Part shown: piece after piece, positions 21,302 through 34,227 of the stretch | Layout of the letters: every line of letters starts with the position of its first letter | How positions within the stretch are numbered: the stretch's first letter is position 1 | The notes under the pieces: model-generated | Databases searched by the model: none | What the model saw: the letters and a program-made list of their open reading frames with translations, nothing else | What the model was told of the DNA's origin: nothing | Program-made: the position numbers and the translations under genes | NCBI GenBank assembly: GCA_030704615.1 | Contig: CM060732.1 | Span: 3,348,001-3,412,000 of the forward strand | Direction: 5' to 3' | Origin: Takakia lepidozioides | Taxonomy: Eukaryota > Plantae > Bryophyta | Length of the DNA stretch: 64,000 nt

Positions 21302-24223
21302 ATGGCTCCGAATTCCTACGCTATAGTTTGCTGTCCTCCGCAACTTGGGAGAGCCTGGATCCCAAACGAGGGAGGACTTTGCAGAGTGACTGAAACTTAC
21401 CTTTGTTCCAAATTCAAACTCAAACCGGGCACAGTTTATTTGGAAGAAGAAAGTAAGGATGTTCCTGGACAGGTTGACGAGACCATTGTCGTGCTAGGTA
21501 ACGACGGAGGTTGCGGAATCGAATGGCACGTTCCCCCATCAGACACCATCCTGTACCGAGCTGTGGGAATGCCCATTCCCTTTCCGAATCAGTCGCTGCC
21601 CACACCATCCACAAAGGAGTCCGGAAACCGAGAGGCGGCCACTGCCAATAGAGAGGTATGCAACGATAATCATTCCCGACCTGGACCGTCAGGACCCTCC
21701 ATAGCTTCTCGTGTGGACGTATTCGACATTTCCGACGAGGAAGATGATTGCATTGAGGTACCCATGTCCTCCACACGGTCGTTCAAATCCGGCATGGACG
21801 TCTCTGTAGATGCTACGCATGTGCCCTCGAGCATAACTCCAACCCGGTCCATTGTGCAGCTCCTACGACACATCACCTCGATGGTTCTCGCTCCGAGCTG
21901 GCTGCTCTCGACTATGCCAAATTCCCAGTCAGAAAGGTAACGTTTCTGCCTCCCGAAGTCGATGGCAATGTCATCTTCGAGTTTCCACCTGTTTCTTCGT
22001 CAAACAAAGCCTCCGGGATGTTAACAGACATGGATCGAAAGCATGACGGACACCCCTGGTGTGTGACGAAGACTAGTAGCACGAAAATTGCTGATGGTGT
22101 TCGTGTACGATATGTCCTCTGTGCGGGGAAGCTGAGGTGCCTCAATCCCACCTGCTTCCACTTTCTCTCCAAAGGAGGGCGGAGAAACGAGACGGATTGG
22201 ACTGGCACAACGCATCATCCATTCATTGTCTCCAGCCAAGCTCTTGCGGGTTCTTTCAAGTGTGCACATTGCAAAGAACCACCAACGTGCATGTCCATGT
22301 GCAGAGCCAAGCAATATTACGTTATCCATTTGCTCCCGGACTTGACTAGAGCTTGCATACACGTTGGGGTCCACTGCCACCCCTTGGCGAGAGGCAACAT
22401 GCGTGAGGCTGTGCAGGAAGCACACGACATCATAAAAGAGGAGGTGAAATTGAGCCCCGGAGCCAGACCAAAGCAGATTCAGCTGAAGGCAGCCCACAAG
22501 ATTGCTCTTGGCAAAATCATGTCTGAAGATGGTTCTGACCGAGAGCCCTTGACCGAAGACGAGATGCGTGACCTCTTGGAGTCCGTCTCGCACGTTTGTA
22601 GTCCGAATGTGCGGAATCACATCGTATCTTGCAAGCAGGAGTTCGGCAGGGGGTCGGACATGTACTCAATCCTGGAGGTGAAACGAATGACTGGATATGA
22701 CTACATCCAAGGTAGCAAGTTTCCAGGGCAAGGCAGCGAATCCGATCGTTGTTACATTTTCAAAATGTCGACGTGTGGGCCTGGGAGTGGAGTTGACTTG
22801 GTCACTCGCATGACAACTGGAAACTTGTCGAATGCTTGGGTGATGTTTGATCACATCAAGCGAATTACAAACCATCAGTGGGTGACTATGGGTGCGCATG
22901 TTTATGACTATCACTCCAAGAGGCTCATGACGATTGCAATCTGCGAGATGAAAGGGGAGGACACACAGTCCGAGATGCATCTGTGGGAGGGCATAAACGA
23001 GCAGATGGCAAGGGCGGGATTGCCAGAGCCCAATTTCAGGGGATTCATGGCAGACAACGCTCAGGCCAACTGGGCAGCGGTGCGGCGTGTGTACGGTGAG
23101 GACCCCAATGTTCCAATGGAGGGGAAAGAGAGATCCTGTGGATTCCATTGGATGCAGAGTCTATCCCACTACACTACCAAATTTGTTGCTAGCTCATTCC
23201 AGGCTGAACACCGTGTCCTTTGTACGGCGTGGAAGGATGCACCCACATTTGATGACGCGGAGGTTAAGTTTGCTATCATCGAGGCTTGGTGGAACACGTC
23301 AGGTGCAGTGGAGACAACCAATCTGGGAGCATTGCACAGCTGGTTGGGGTGGTGGCATTTTCGGTATCGACAGTTCGGACAGTACATGCGGGAGGTAGGC
23401 TGCTGTCATTTTCGTTCATTTGTCTTTCTGTTACGGACATTTCGATTGGTCCCTCACCATTGTTTGTGTCCTTCTAGGAGCGGTGCTTGGATTCCGACAC
23501 GGACATGCCGAACACGAATATGGCAGAATCGGTCCACTCCTCCTGGCGAGCGTCTTCTGCCGCACATCTGGTGGACGTAGTGACGGCCACAACGGAGGAC
23601 ATCGACAGAGCAATCATGCAGCAAGCCACGTACTACAAGTTCCTGAGCGGCAAACAATGGGGCTTTGGGCTGGACAGGGAGGAATTGTTGGTACGAACAG
23701 CTTCGAGGTCCAAGAATCCACTGAAATGGGCGACAGCATTGCGAGAGAAGATCAAAGGGACGCCTCTGCACCGAAGAGGTGAACACCTAGAGGGGGACGT
23801 CCGGACTCGCCCTGTCAGGCGGAGGATTGAAGAGGAACCCGGGTGCGAAGAGGATTCCTGGAGATCCGACAGGAACATTCGGACAGCACCTCGAGGAATG
23901 CACTTCGGATGAACTGTACAATCCAGAGCTCGATAGAAGTGCCCCCACCAGGATTCGGGCGTGTGTATCAGATGGCCACGACGGGCTCAGCTGTTCGCAA
24001 TGAGGTGTACACCATCACCATTTCAGAATTACCCACCTGCAATTGTACCGACTTCCAGATCATGGCAAACAAGGGGGCATCATACTGCCCTTGCAAGCAT
24101 TTGCACTACGTGTACCTAAAGAGACTCCGTTGTAATTCCACAACTCATCACTTCATACATGCACCAGGGTTGAGCCCCCAGGAGGTTCACACTCTTCTGA
24201 ATATGGATCCAGGGGACCAGTGA
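21302..24223 (+). pseudogene. Mutator-like transposase, family B, disrupted
   Basis: ORF 22018-23580 aligns with the A transposase; intron 23395-23477; NTNMAESVH; SWIM CNC...CKH. Frameshift at ~21880 and a large deletion at ~23905 relative to A. Confidence 0.85.
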
Positions 24224-26760
24224 GCTTGGCTTGCGGTCCCAATACAATGGTACGCCCATCCTTTTCGGATAGTAGAACTGTACTGCTGCCAGTAGCTCAG
24301 ACTCTGGCCACAGAAAGGTCCGACATATGTCTTGCCTACCAGTAACCTGTTTTGCTCGAACTAAGATATTACTATATCGTTCACTTGTTTCCACGTGCAT
24401 GTATTTTTGTATGTTGGAGGGTTCATGTTTTTCTGCTTTCCGAAAACTTGCTTTCCTCATTCGACCTCCGACAAGGAAATGCGGCGCCGCATTTCCAAGT
24501 ATCGTCGTAGGTACTGGTAGAGGCGGCCTTCGCCAACACACAAACCGCTCCGAAATTTCGCACGTGCGAACCCTAATGCGGCACTTTATTTCCCAGTTCA
24601 GTTGCAAACCTTTCCCGCCAAATACCCGAAGAAGACAGAATTGTGAAGTACTGCAGACTGTATTGGTGCACTCCATTGGTTCAATCGCGGCAAAAGGGTC
24701 AGCTTCATTCCAATGTTAAGGCATGTAAAACCGCGGAATACTCTATACAGGCCAGTATGCGACGTCCTTTGCAGTGGTATACTGGATTTCCCGTTGCACG
24801 GTCACTTATTTCCATGAGCGGATCTATAAAAAACCATGAGCGGACTTGTTACTGACGACATATCTTGCCGCATTACATGATCTGGAAAGTCCAAAACGGC
24901 AAGGTCAAATAAAAAACTGTTATTTTAATACTTGTTTAATCTGCCGCATTTCCAAATTTGGAGAAGTCCGCTCATGAAATCCGCGTATCTTAGACTTCGG
25001 CTCACCGCTCATGCGGCTCATGCGGCTCATAGCTCATGGTTCATGGTTTCTGCTCATGAAATAGTAAACCTCCTCCTTGGATGGGGGTCACCCGATTTTG
25101 GCACTACGCAAACACACGATTAACCCAATTTACCTCTCCCACTTTTATAAGCTAGCATGCATTCTACACACTAGCCAACCATACCATGCATCACCATTCC
25201 AAACAAAATAGGACGCACAACATTTGGAACCCATTTCCTTTATAACAAATTTTGTACATACAAGTTTTTGCAATCGGATTCCTGAGCTAGCTAAGCCGGG
25301 CTAAGCATGCATTTCCTCCCCCACGCTCCAAGGTTGATGTCCCCATCAACGCTTCTTCCGCTTTTGAGGTCGCCCTTCGAAAGCTGCAACCGCCTCGGAT
25401 GCGTTTCCCATTTGAGGCACGCCACCAAGATGCTTCCACATGATGATAGCCCTTCCATTTGACGAGATACTCCGTTTCTCGGTTCCTGAACCTCCTCGAC
25501 TGAAGTACTGCCTCCACCTCGTACTCAGGTTCATTTTCATGATCCAACAGCACACGTGGCGGACGCAACACTTGATGCCAATTTGGACGCGCTTCATCTT
25601 TGAAGTAAGGCTTCAAAAGGGAGACGTGAAATACTGGATGCACCTTGTTGTTTGCCGGCAGCTCCAATTCATACACATCCTCATTCATAACCTTCCGGAT
25701 GTGAAAGGGTCCCGCATACGGAGGTACGAATTTTGGACTCACTTCCGGAGATAGTCGGAAATTCTTGATGTTCAACCAGACCTCCGTGCCTACCTCAAAC
25801 TTCACTTCCCTCCGCTTCCGATTTGCCTGCCTTTCATACCGTTTCCTAGCTTTGGCAATGTTGTATTTTGCGAGCTTCAACAAACGCTCGCGTTCTTCCA
25901 GTACCGCCGCTACTGCCGGTTCCTCAACGTCCTGGGCGGCCCAACTTGTCGGCACCAGAGGTGCTTTTCCATAGACCAATACGAAAGGGGAAACTCCCGT
26001 TGCGGAGTGTTCTGTGGTATTATAACAGAACTCTACCGCGTCTAAGTGTTCCACCCAGTCTGATTGGTCTGCCGACACGTAATTCCGCAAGATCTGCTTC
26101 ACTACGGAATTCACTCTTTCCGTTTGGCCGTCCGTCGTAGGTCAGAAGGCGGTGCTCATCTTCAGCCTCATCCCCATCTTCTTCCAAAGTGTTCTCCAAA
26201 ATTTACTCGTAAACTTTGGATCGCGGTCCGAGACAATATCCTTCGGGACTCCATGATGCTTTAAGACGTGGGCGAAGTAAAGTCGCCCTGTCTCTTGCGC
26301 CGTTGCCGTCTCCTTGGTGGGGATGAAATGGCCCATTTTACTGAACCTATCCACCACCACCATGATTGCATCGAATCCTTTTGACAACGGCATAGCAGTC
26401 ATGAAATCCATCGAGACGCTTTCCCAAGTCCCCTCTGGAATCGGCAAGGGTTGAACAGCCCGCTTGCTTTTTGTACTCGCTCCGGTTTTGTTGGCATGTG
26501 GTGCATGTCTTGACATACTCCTCTGCCTCCTCCCTCAGTTTGGGCCAGAAATACTCTTTCTTCAAGAGTGCCGCAGTGCGCTTGGCTCCGCCGTGGCCCG
26601 CAAGCGGGCTATCATGGCATTCTCTCAAGAGGCTATCTCTGATCCCTCCCTTCGACACGTAGAGACGCTTTTGCATATACCGGAGCAGTCCATTTTGCAA
26701 GTGGAACTGCGATTTAACCCCCATCCTCAAGTCCTGCATCACGGACTTCGCCAGCTCATC

Positions 26761-29700
26761 TGTCGCGCACCTCACTTCGGTAAACTCCCCTTCAAGTCAT
26801 AGTTACTCGCTTTGATGCGCGCGCCTGACTCCCAACCTGGCCGCCGGGCCAACTTGGAGTTTCGGCTGCTCACCGGGACATAACTGTCCCCTTTCGCTTC
26901 CCTCTAAAACCCTCCACCTAATTGGGACTAGGAGAATTCCCTTTGGTAGATGGCAGTCCGGAACAGCTCCCCACTCTTTGGTCGCTTTCCGGCTCGCTCG
27001 CTTACTCACTAGTTTTTGGTCACCAACGGGCTTGCACCGTTCTCGGGGTTACTACTCCCCTTATATATACTTCTGTAGCTGTCCGCGGGGGTCCACAACC
27101 AGCCATGCCATTTTATGGCGAAACCACCACGAAAACCCTCGACTCCCCGGTGGTGAGTCGCGGTGAGTCTTGGCCCGCTCACCACGGCCCCTATGGACCG
27201 TGATGAGTCCCAAGACTCCCCACGACTCCCACCACGAGGTCTCCGCCCCCATGGTGAGTCCTATGCCACCCCCACTAAGTCCCACTAAGCTACCACCACC
27301 CCTTGTGGAGCCACCCCCACCGCAACCCGGTGTGCGGGGCTCCACCTAGTGAGCGCCTCTGCTTCCCTGAGTGCCTTGGGCACTCAAGGGTGCTTCAACC
27401 CCCCTTACCTATCGCTGCCGCTGCCCCCACCACAGGGGCAGCCCTTCATGTGTCCCGACCCCCTGCCCTCAAGGCAAACGGTCGCGACACACACCCCTAC
27501 CAACAGGGAGTCGATGTCTTCATCGACTTGTCCATTTTGTAGAAAACGAACATCCAAGTTGTGGCGTCCCACATCAAGGAGTTTGTTTCTGTACCATGGC
27601 GTCCCATGGCAAAGAACCAAACCCCACACTTGACTCTACTCTCCACTAGCTAGTTCGGCCGACTTCCTCCAAGTCCCGGCCAAGGGTGGAGCCTCTCCAG
27701 CTCCTCCCAGTGCACTCTTCTTGGCCTACTTCAAGGCCAAGGAACGATCCTCCCCGAGGATCGAATCGCCTTACTGCAACAACATTGCTTGCGATCGCTC
27801 ATGATGCCGCTTTTGGCATCACCTTGAGCAAGGGTTCACCTGGAACCCTCTTTGACTAGGAAGATAACCTTGAACCAACCATGCGCCCCAATCACTACAA
27901 TTGGGTCCGCCTTGGAATGCTGGCCTGAGGTACGGGAACACGCGAAGCCGCACTACGACTTCGTCCCGAGGCTACACGATTATAGTACGTGAACGGAAGC
28001 ACGTAGCTTCCGCGTTAGCCCGCACTACAAGGCAACCCCCCGGTAGCGCAGTTATAGTACGCGCACGCGCCAGGTGCGCACTAGCACGCGAACTCCCAAA
28101 AGAAGGCGCAAGTTTCCTTGCCCCTTGGATGGGAGTCACCCGATTTTGGCACTGCGCAAACACACGATTAACCCAATTTACCTCTCCCATTTTGTAAGCT
28201 AGCATGCATTCTACACACTAGCCACCGCACCATGCATCACCATTCCAAACACAATAGGACGCACAATATTTGGAACCCATTTCCTTTATAACAAATTTTT
28301 GTACAATACAAGTTTTTGCAATCGGATTCCTGAGCTAGCTAAACCGGGTTAAGTATGCATTTCCTCTCCCACGCTCCAAGGTTGATGTCCCCATCAACGT
28401 TTCTTCCGCTTTTGAGGTCGCCCTTCGAACGCTGCAACTGCCTCGGATGCGTTTCCCATTTCTGAGGCACGCACCCAAGATGCCTCCACAAGATGATAGC
28501 CCTTCCATTTGACAAGATACTCCGTTTCTCGGTTCTTGAACCTCCTCGACTTAAGTATTGCCTCCACCTCGTACTCAGGTTCATTTTCATGATCCAACAG
28601 CATAGGTGGCGGACGCAACACTTGCTGCCGATTCGGACGTGCTTCATCTTTGAAGTAATGTCGCACACCTCGATTCGGTAAACTCCCCTTCAAGTCATAG
28701 TTACTCGCTTTGATGCGCGCGCCTGACTCCCAACCTGGCCGCCGGGCCAACTTGGAGTTTCGGCTGCTCACCGGGACATAACGGTCCCCTTCCGCTTCCC
28801 TCTAAACCCTCCACCTATTTGGGACTAGGAGAATTCCCTTTGGTAGATGGCAGTCCGGAACAGCTCCCCACTCTTGGTCGCTTTCCGGCTCGCCGCTTAC
28901 TCACTAGTTTTTGGTCACCAACGGGCTTGCACCGTTCTCGGGGTTACTACTCCCTATATATACTTCTGTAGCTGTCCGCGGGGGTTTCATAACCAGCCAT
29001 GCATTTTATGGCGAACCACCACGAAAAACCCTCGACTCCCGGTGGTGAGTCGCGGTGAGTCTTGGCCCACTCACCGCGGCCCAATGGACCGTGATGAGTC
29101 CCAAGACTCCCCACGACTCCCACCTCGAGGTCTCCACCCCATGGTGAGTCCTATGCCACCCCCACTAAGTCCCACTAAGCTACCACCACCCCTTGTGGAG
29201 CCACCTCCACCGCAACCCGGTGTGCGGGGCTCCACCTAGTGAGCGCCTCCGCCTCCTTGAGTGCCTTGGGCACTCAAGGGTGCTTCAGCCCCCCATACCT
29301 ATCGCTGCCGCTGCCCCACCACAGGGGCAGCCCTCATGTGTCCGACCCCCTGCCCTCAAGGCAAAGGGCCGCGACAAGTAAGGCTTCAAAAGGGAGACAT
29401 GGAATACTGGGTGCACCTTGCTGTTTACCGGCAGCTCCAATCATACACATCCTCATTCATAAACCCTCCGAATGCGAAAGGGACCCGCATACGGAGGTAC
29501 GAACTTCGGACTCACTTCCGGAGGTAGTCGAAAATTCTTGATGTTCAACCAGACCTCTGTGCCTGCCTCAAACTTCACTTCCCTCCGCTTCCGATTCGCC
29601 TGCCTTTCATACCGTTTCCTAGCTTTGGCAATGTTGTACTTTGCGAGCTTCAATAAACGCTCGCGTTCTTCCAGTACCGCCGCTACTGCCGGTTCCTCAA

Positions 29701-32700
29701 CGTCCTGGGCGGCCCAACTTGTCGGCACCAGAGGTGCTTTTCCATAGACCAACACAAAAGGGGAAACTCCCGTCGCGGAGTGTTCTGTGTTATTATAACA
29801 GAACTCTGCCGCGTCTAAGTGTTCCATCCAGTCTGATTGGTCTGCCGACACGTAATTCCGCAAGAATTGCTTCACTAAGGAATTCACTCTTTCCGTTTGG
29901 CCGTCCGTCGTAGGTCGGAAGGTGGTGCTCATCTTCAGCCCCGTCCCCATCTTCTTCCAAAGTGCTCTCCAGAATTTACTCGTAAACTTTGGATCGCGGT
30001 CCGAGACAATATCCTTCGGGACTCCATGATGCTTTAAGACGTGGGCGAAGTAAAGTCGCCCTGTCTCTTGCGCCGTTGCCGTCTCCTTGGTGGGGATGAA
30101 ATGGGCATTTTACTGAACCTATCTACCACCACCATGATTGCATCGAATCCTTTTGAGAGCAGCATAGCAGTCATGAAATCCATCGAGACGCTTTCCCAAG
30201 TCCCTCTGGAATCGGCAAGGGTTGTAACAGCCCCGCTGCTTTTTGTACTCGCTCCGGTTTTGTTGGCATGTGGTGCATGTCTTGACATACTCCTCTGCCT
30301 CCTCCCTCAGTTGGGGCCAGAAATACTCTTTCTTCAAGAGTGCCGCAGTGCGCTTGGCTCCACGTGGCCCGCAAGCGGGCTATCATGGCATTCTCTCAAG
30401 AGACTATCCCTGATCCCTCCCTTCGGCACGTAGAGACGCTTTTGCTTATACCGGAGCAGTCCATTCTGCAAGTGGAACTGCGATTTAACCCCCATCCTCA
30501 AGTCCTGCATCACGGACTTCGCCAGCTCATCCTTCCGACAAGCCTTCCGGATCTTCCCTTGGAGTGCCGTCTCGCCCTGTACACCAACAAGAGCTGTTGT
30601 TTTCTACTTAAAGCATCGGCCACCACATTGTCCCGTCCCGGTTTGTACTGGATATCCACGTCGAACACTGCCAAAGTATCTTGCCACCTAAGTTGTTTTG
30701 GGACAACTTGGGCTGCGTGGCAAAATACTTCACTGTGACATTGTCCGTGAACACCTTCACTGGGTTGGAACCAACATAGTGGCGCCAGAGCTCAAGGCAA
30801 TGCACCACCGCCTTCATCTCTTTTTCGTGCGTTGGCCACCGTCGCTCCACTTCATTCAATTTCTTACTTTCGTAAGCCACTGGACGTCCATCTTGCATAA
30901 GTACACCCCAATTGCGAAGTCCGATGCATCTGTATGAATCTCAAACGGACAATCGAACTCCGGGATTTTCAAGACTGGAGCTTCCGTCATCCGTTGCTTC
31001 AATTCAGCAAAAGCTTGGCCACAAAATGTGTTCCATACCCAGACTTTGGATTTATACAGAAGGTCCGACAGCGGCCCCGCGATCCTGGCAAAATTTCTCA
31101 CATACTTCGGTAATAGGAGGCGAGTCCTAGGAAGGATCGCACTCCCGGGACCGAAGTCGGAGGCTCCCAGTCCAAGATCCCCTCACCTTTCTGTCATCCA
31201 TTTTGATCCCATCCTGTGTAATCACATGCCCCAAGAACTCCACTTTTGTGACCCCGAATTCGCACTTTGAAGCTTTGGCATACAGCTTCCCTTCTCGCAA
31301 TTTCTGGAACACCCTTTTGAGATGCTCCAGGTGCTCCTCCTTTGTTTCGAGTACACCAAGATGTCGTCGATGTACACGATCACAAAGTCATCCAACCACT
31401 CCTGGAAAAGGCTGTTCATCAGCGTGCTAAATGTCGCTGGTGCATTGGTGAGCCCAAAAGGCATCACCAAGAACTCATATGAACCATACCTTGTCCTGCA
31501 CGCGGTCTTCTCCTCATCTCCTTCTGCCACCCGAATTTGGTGATAGCCGGAGCGCAAGTCGATCCGGCTAAAATACTTCGCTCCTGCCAACCGATCGAAG
31601 AGGTCGTCGATCCTTGGCAAATGGTACCGGTTTTTGATAGTCACCTTATTCAGAGCCCTGTAATCGACACACATCCGCAGCGTCCCATCCTTCTTGTCCG
31701 CAAATAGCACCGGGCTCCGTAAGGTGACTTACTCGGCCGGATGTACCCCTTTGACATAGATCCTTGAGATGAGTCTTCAGCTCGACCAACTCTTTGTGGC
31801 TCAACCGGTAGGGCGCCTTGGCAGGCGGTTCCGATCCCGGTATCACCTCAATCTTGTGGTCAACTCCTCTTCGCGGTGGCAAGCCGCTTGGTAAATCCTC
31901 GGCATCACATCCTGGTATTTCTCCAAAATCCCCTTGATCCAATCTGGGCTCGGCTCCCCATCGCCTTCTCCTTTCACTTCTCTAATGTAAAGCAAAAACT
32001 GGGACTCGTGTGCCTCCTCCACGGCCCACTCCTTTGCTGACAGAAGGTTTATTCGCCCTCCCAGATTTGGGCGTTTCCGACACTCGTAAAACCTCGCCAC
32101 CATTCCCACATGGCAGCGTGACTACTCTCTTGCGGCCATCTATGACCGCTCCGGATTTGCTCAAAAAGGTCATCCCTAAAATGAGATCCACTCCATCGAT
32201 CTCGCAGATAGTGAAGTTCTCACGTCCCTCCCAACTCCCCAGTTGAAGAGGAACATCAAACGCCAACCTTGTCGCCAACTGAGGTTCTCCTTTGGCAGAG
32301 CGCACCTCAACAGAGATCCCCACGTCACTTGTCGGGAGTCCCAACTTTCGCGCCGCCACCGGCGTCATGAAGGAGTGCGACGCTCCTGTGTCCACCAACA
32401 ACGACACGTTAGTTCCGGATATTATCCCATCCACGAACAATAACTGACTCCCTTTACGCAGGGCGCCAGTTTCCTGATACAACTCACAAGAATAGTTGCC
32501 TACCTTGCAAGTCCTGGCGACTACCGCTTCCACCAAACGACTGATGGTATCTTCCGACAGCTCCGTGGTCGCCCGAGTCATGTTCAATTGCCGGGGCTTC
32601 GTGCACTTCTTGGCCATGTGCCCGGGTCCCCCAATTGAAACACACTCCATCAAAGGTCGCCTTCTGTCCGCCATAAGCCGCTCCCCCGCGTTTCCTTTCG

Positions 32701-34227
32701 AAGCACCGGGTCCGCCTTGAGTGTGAAGGACCTCCCTTCGATTTCCACGTGCCATTTCCCGCCACAAAGTTGAAGACCATTTCTGGTTCTGCCATGTCCG
32801 CGACTTCGAGCAACAACTTATTGAAAGCCTGGACATACCCCCGAATGTCATCTGTTTGCTTCAAATTCCTCATCTTGTCCCGGGCAAGCCAGGATGCGTT
32901 GAGGGGCACAAACTGTCTCTTCATCAATTCCTTGAACCCACTCCAATTCAAGGTTTCCGGGATTGGGCCTCGGTCGTGAAGGCGTTTCTGCCACCATGTT
33001 GAGCATAGCCCCTCAAATAGGTGGGAGCCACTTCCACCCGATCTCGTCACTCAACTTGGCCGCCCGGAAGTACTGCTCTAGCTCCAGGAGCCAGGTGGTT
33101 GAGTGCCTTCCGGTTTCGAACGCCCTCGAAGGTGCCGGGTTCCTTAGGCTTCACCTTAACTTTGCCTTAGTGGAAGTGGCATTAGCCGCCTTCAACACGT
33201 CTTTCAACGTCCCGCAAACTGCGCCAAAACCCTTCCCAAAAGGCTGCGGCATGGGAGGCATCTCTTGGTTTGTTGGAGCTCTCAAGGATCTCGGGCTCCG
33301 ACTCCTCGGATTCCTTCCGCTCCTGAGCGGCCTCGTTTTCGGAAACATTCATCGCTTCCTCAAACGGCCGCCTCGGTGACACGTCGCCCCCATCGGGCTC
33401 ACCGGGGATTATCATCTTTGGGCCGTTCCGCTTTCGCTTCGGCTTGCCCGACCCCATGATGAGGCCAATCCAAGGACGATCGCGTACTGAACTCTAAGCT
33501 TGATACCAAATGTGCGCACCTCACTTCGGTAAACTCCCTTCAAGTCATAGTTACTCGCTTTGATGCGCGCGCATGACTCCAACCTGGCAGCCGGCCAACT
33601 TGGAGTTTCGGCTGCTCACCGGGACATAACTGTCCCCTTTCGCTTCCCTCTAAAACCCTCCACCTAATTGGGACTAGGAGAATTCCTTTGGTAGATGGCA
33701 GTCAGTCGGAACAGCTCCCACTCTTTGGTCGCTTTCCGGCTCGCTCGCTTACTCACTAGTTTTGGTCACCAACGGGCTTGCACCGTTCTCGGGGTTACTA
33801 CTCCCCTTATATATACTCTGTAGCTGTCCGCGGGGGTTTCCAAAACCAGCCATGCCATTTTATGGCGAACCACCACGAAAACCCTCGACTCCCGGTGGTG
33901 AGTCGCGGTGAGTCTTGGCCCGCTCACCACGGCCCCCTATGGACCGTGATGAGTCCCAAGACTCCCACGACTCCCACCACGAGGTCTCTGCCCCCATGGT
34001 GAGTCCTATGCCACCCCCACTAAGTCCCACTAAGCTACCACCACCCCTTGTGGAGCCACCCCCACCGCAACCCGGTGTGCGGGGCTCCACCTAGTGAGCG
34101 CCTCGCTTCCCTGAGTCTTGGGCACTCAAGGGTGCTTCAACCCCCTTACCTATCGCTGCCGCTGCCCCCACCACAGGGGCAGCCCCTCATGGTCCGACCC
34201 CCTGCCTCAAGGCAAACGGCCGCGACA
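26761..34227 (-). mobile_element. Inner full-length chromovirus of the same family (3' LTR 26761-27489, 5' LTR 33511-34227)
   Basis: The two LTRs share diagnostic variants (gcaaacgg, ccttatatatac). PBS at ~33497-33508, PPT-like GGTAGGGGTGTG at ~27490-27501, TSD TCATC/TAATC. gag, DTGAS protease, YIDD RT, RH, IN and chromodomain are present but frameshifted. Confidence 0.88.
28659..29376 (-). mobile_element. Solo LTR inserted in the integrase C-terminus of the inner element
   Basis: TG...CA with a perfect 5-bp TSD AGTAA (28654-28658 and 29377-29381). Confidence 0.93.

Larger units (their letters stand above)
18233..25072 (+). mobile_element. Mutator-like element, family B, left-truncated, right TIR retained
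   Basis: Transposase homologous to family A; terminus ...GCTCATGAAATAGTAAACCTC matches the A TIR; own palindrome array. Assignment of 18233-19400 to this element is tentative. Confidence 0.72.
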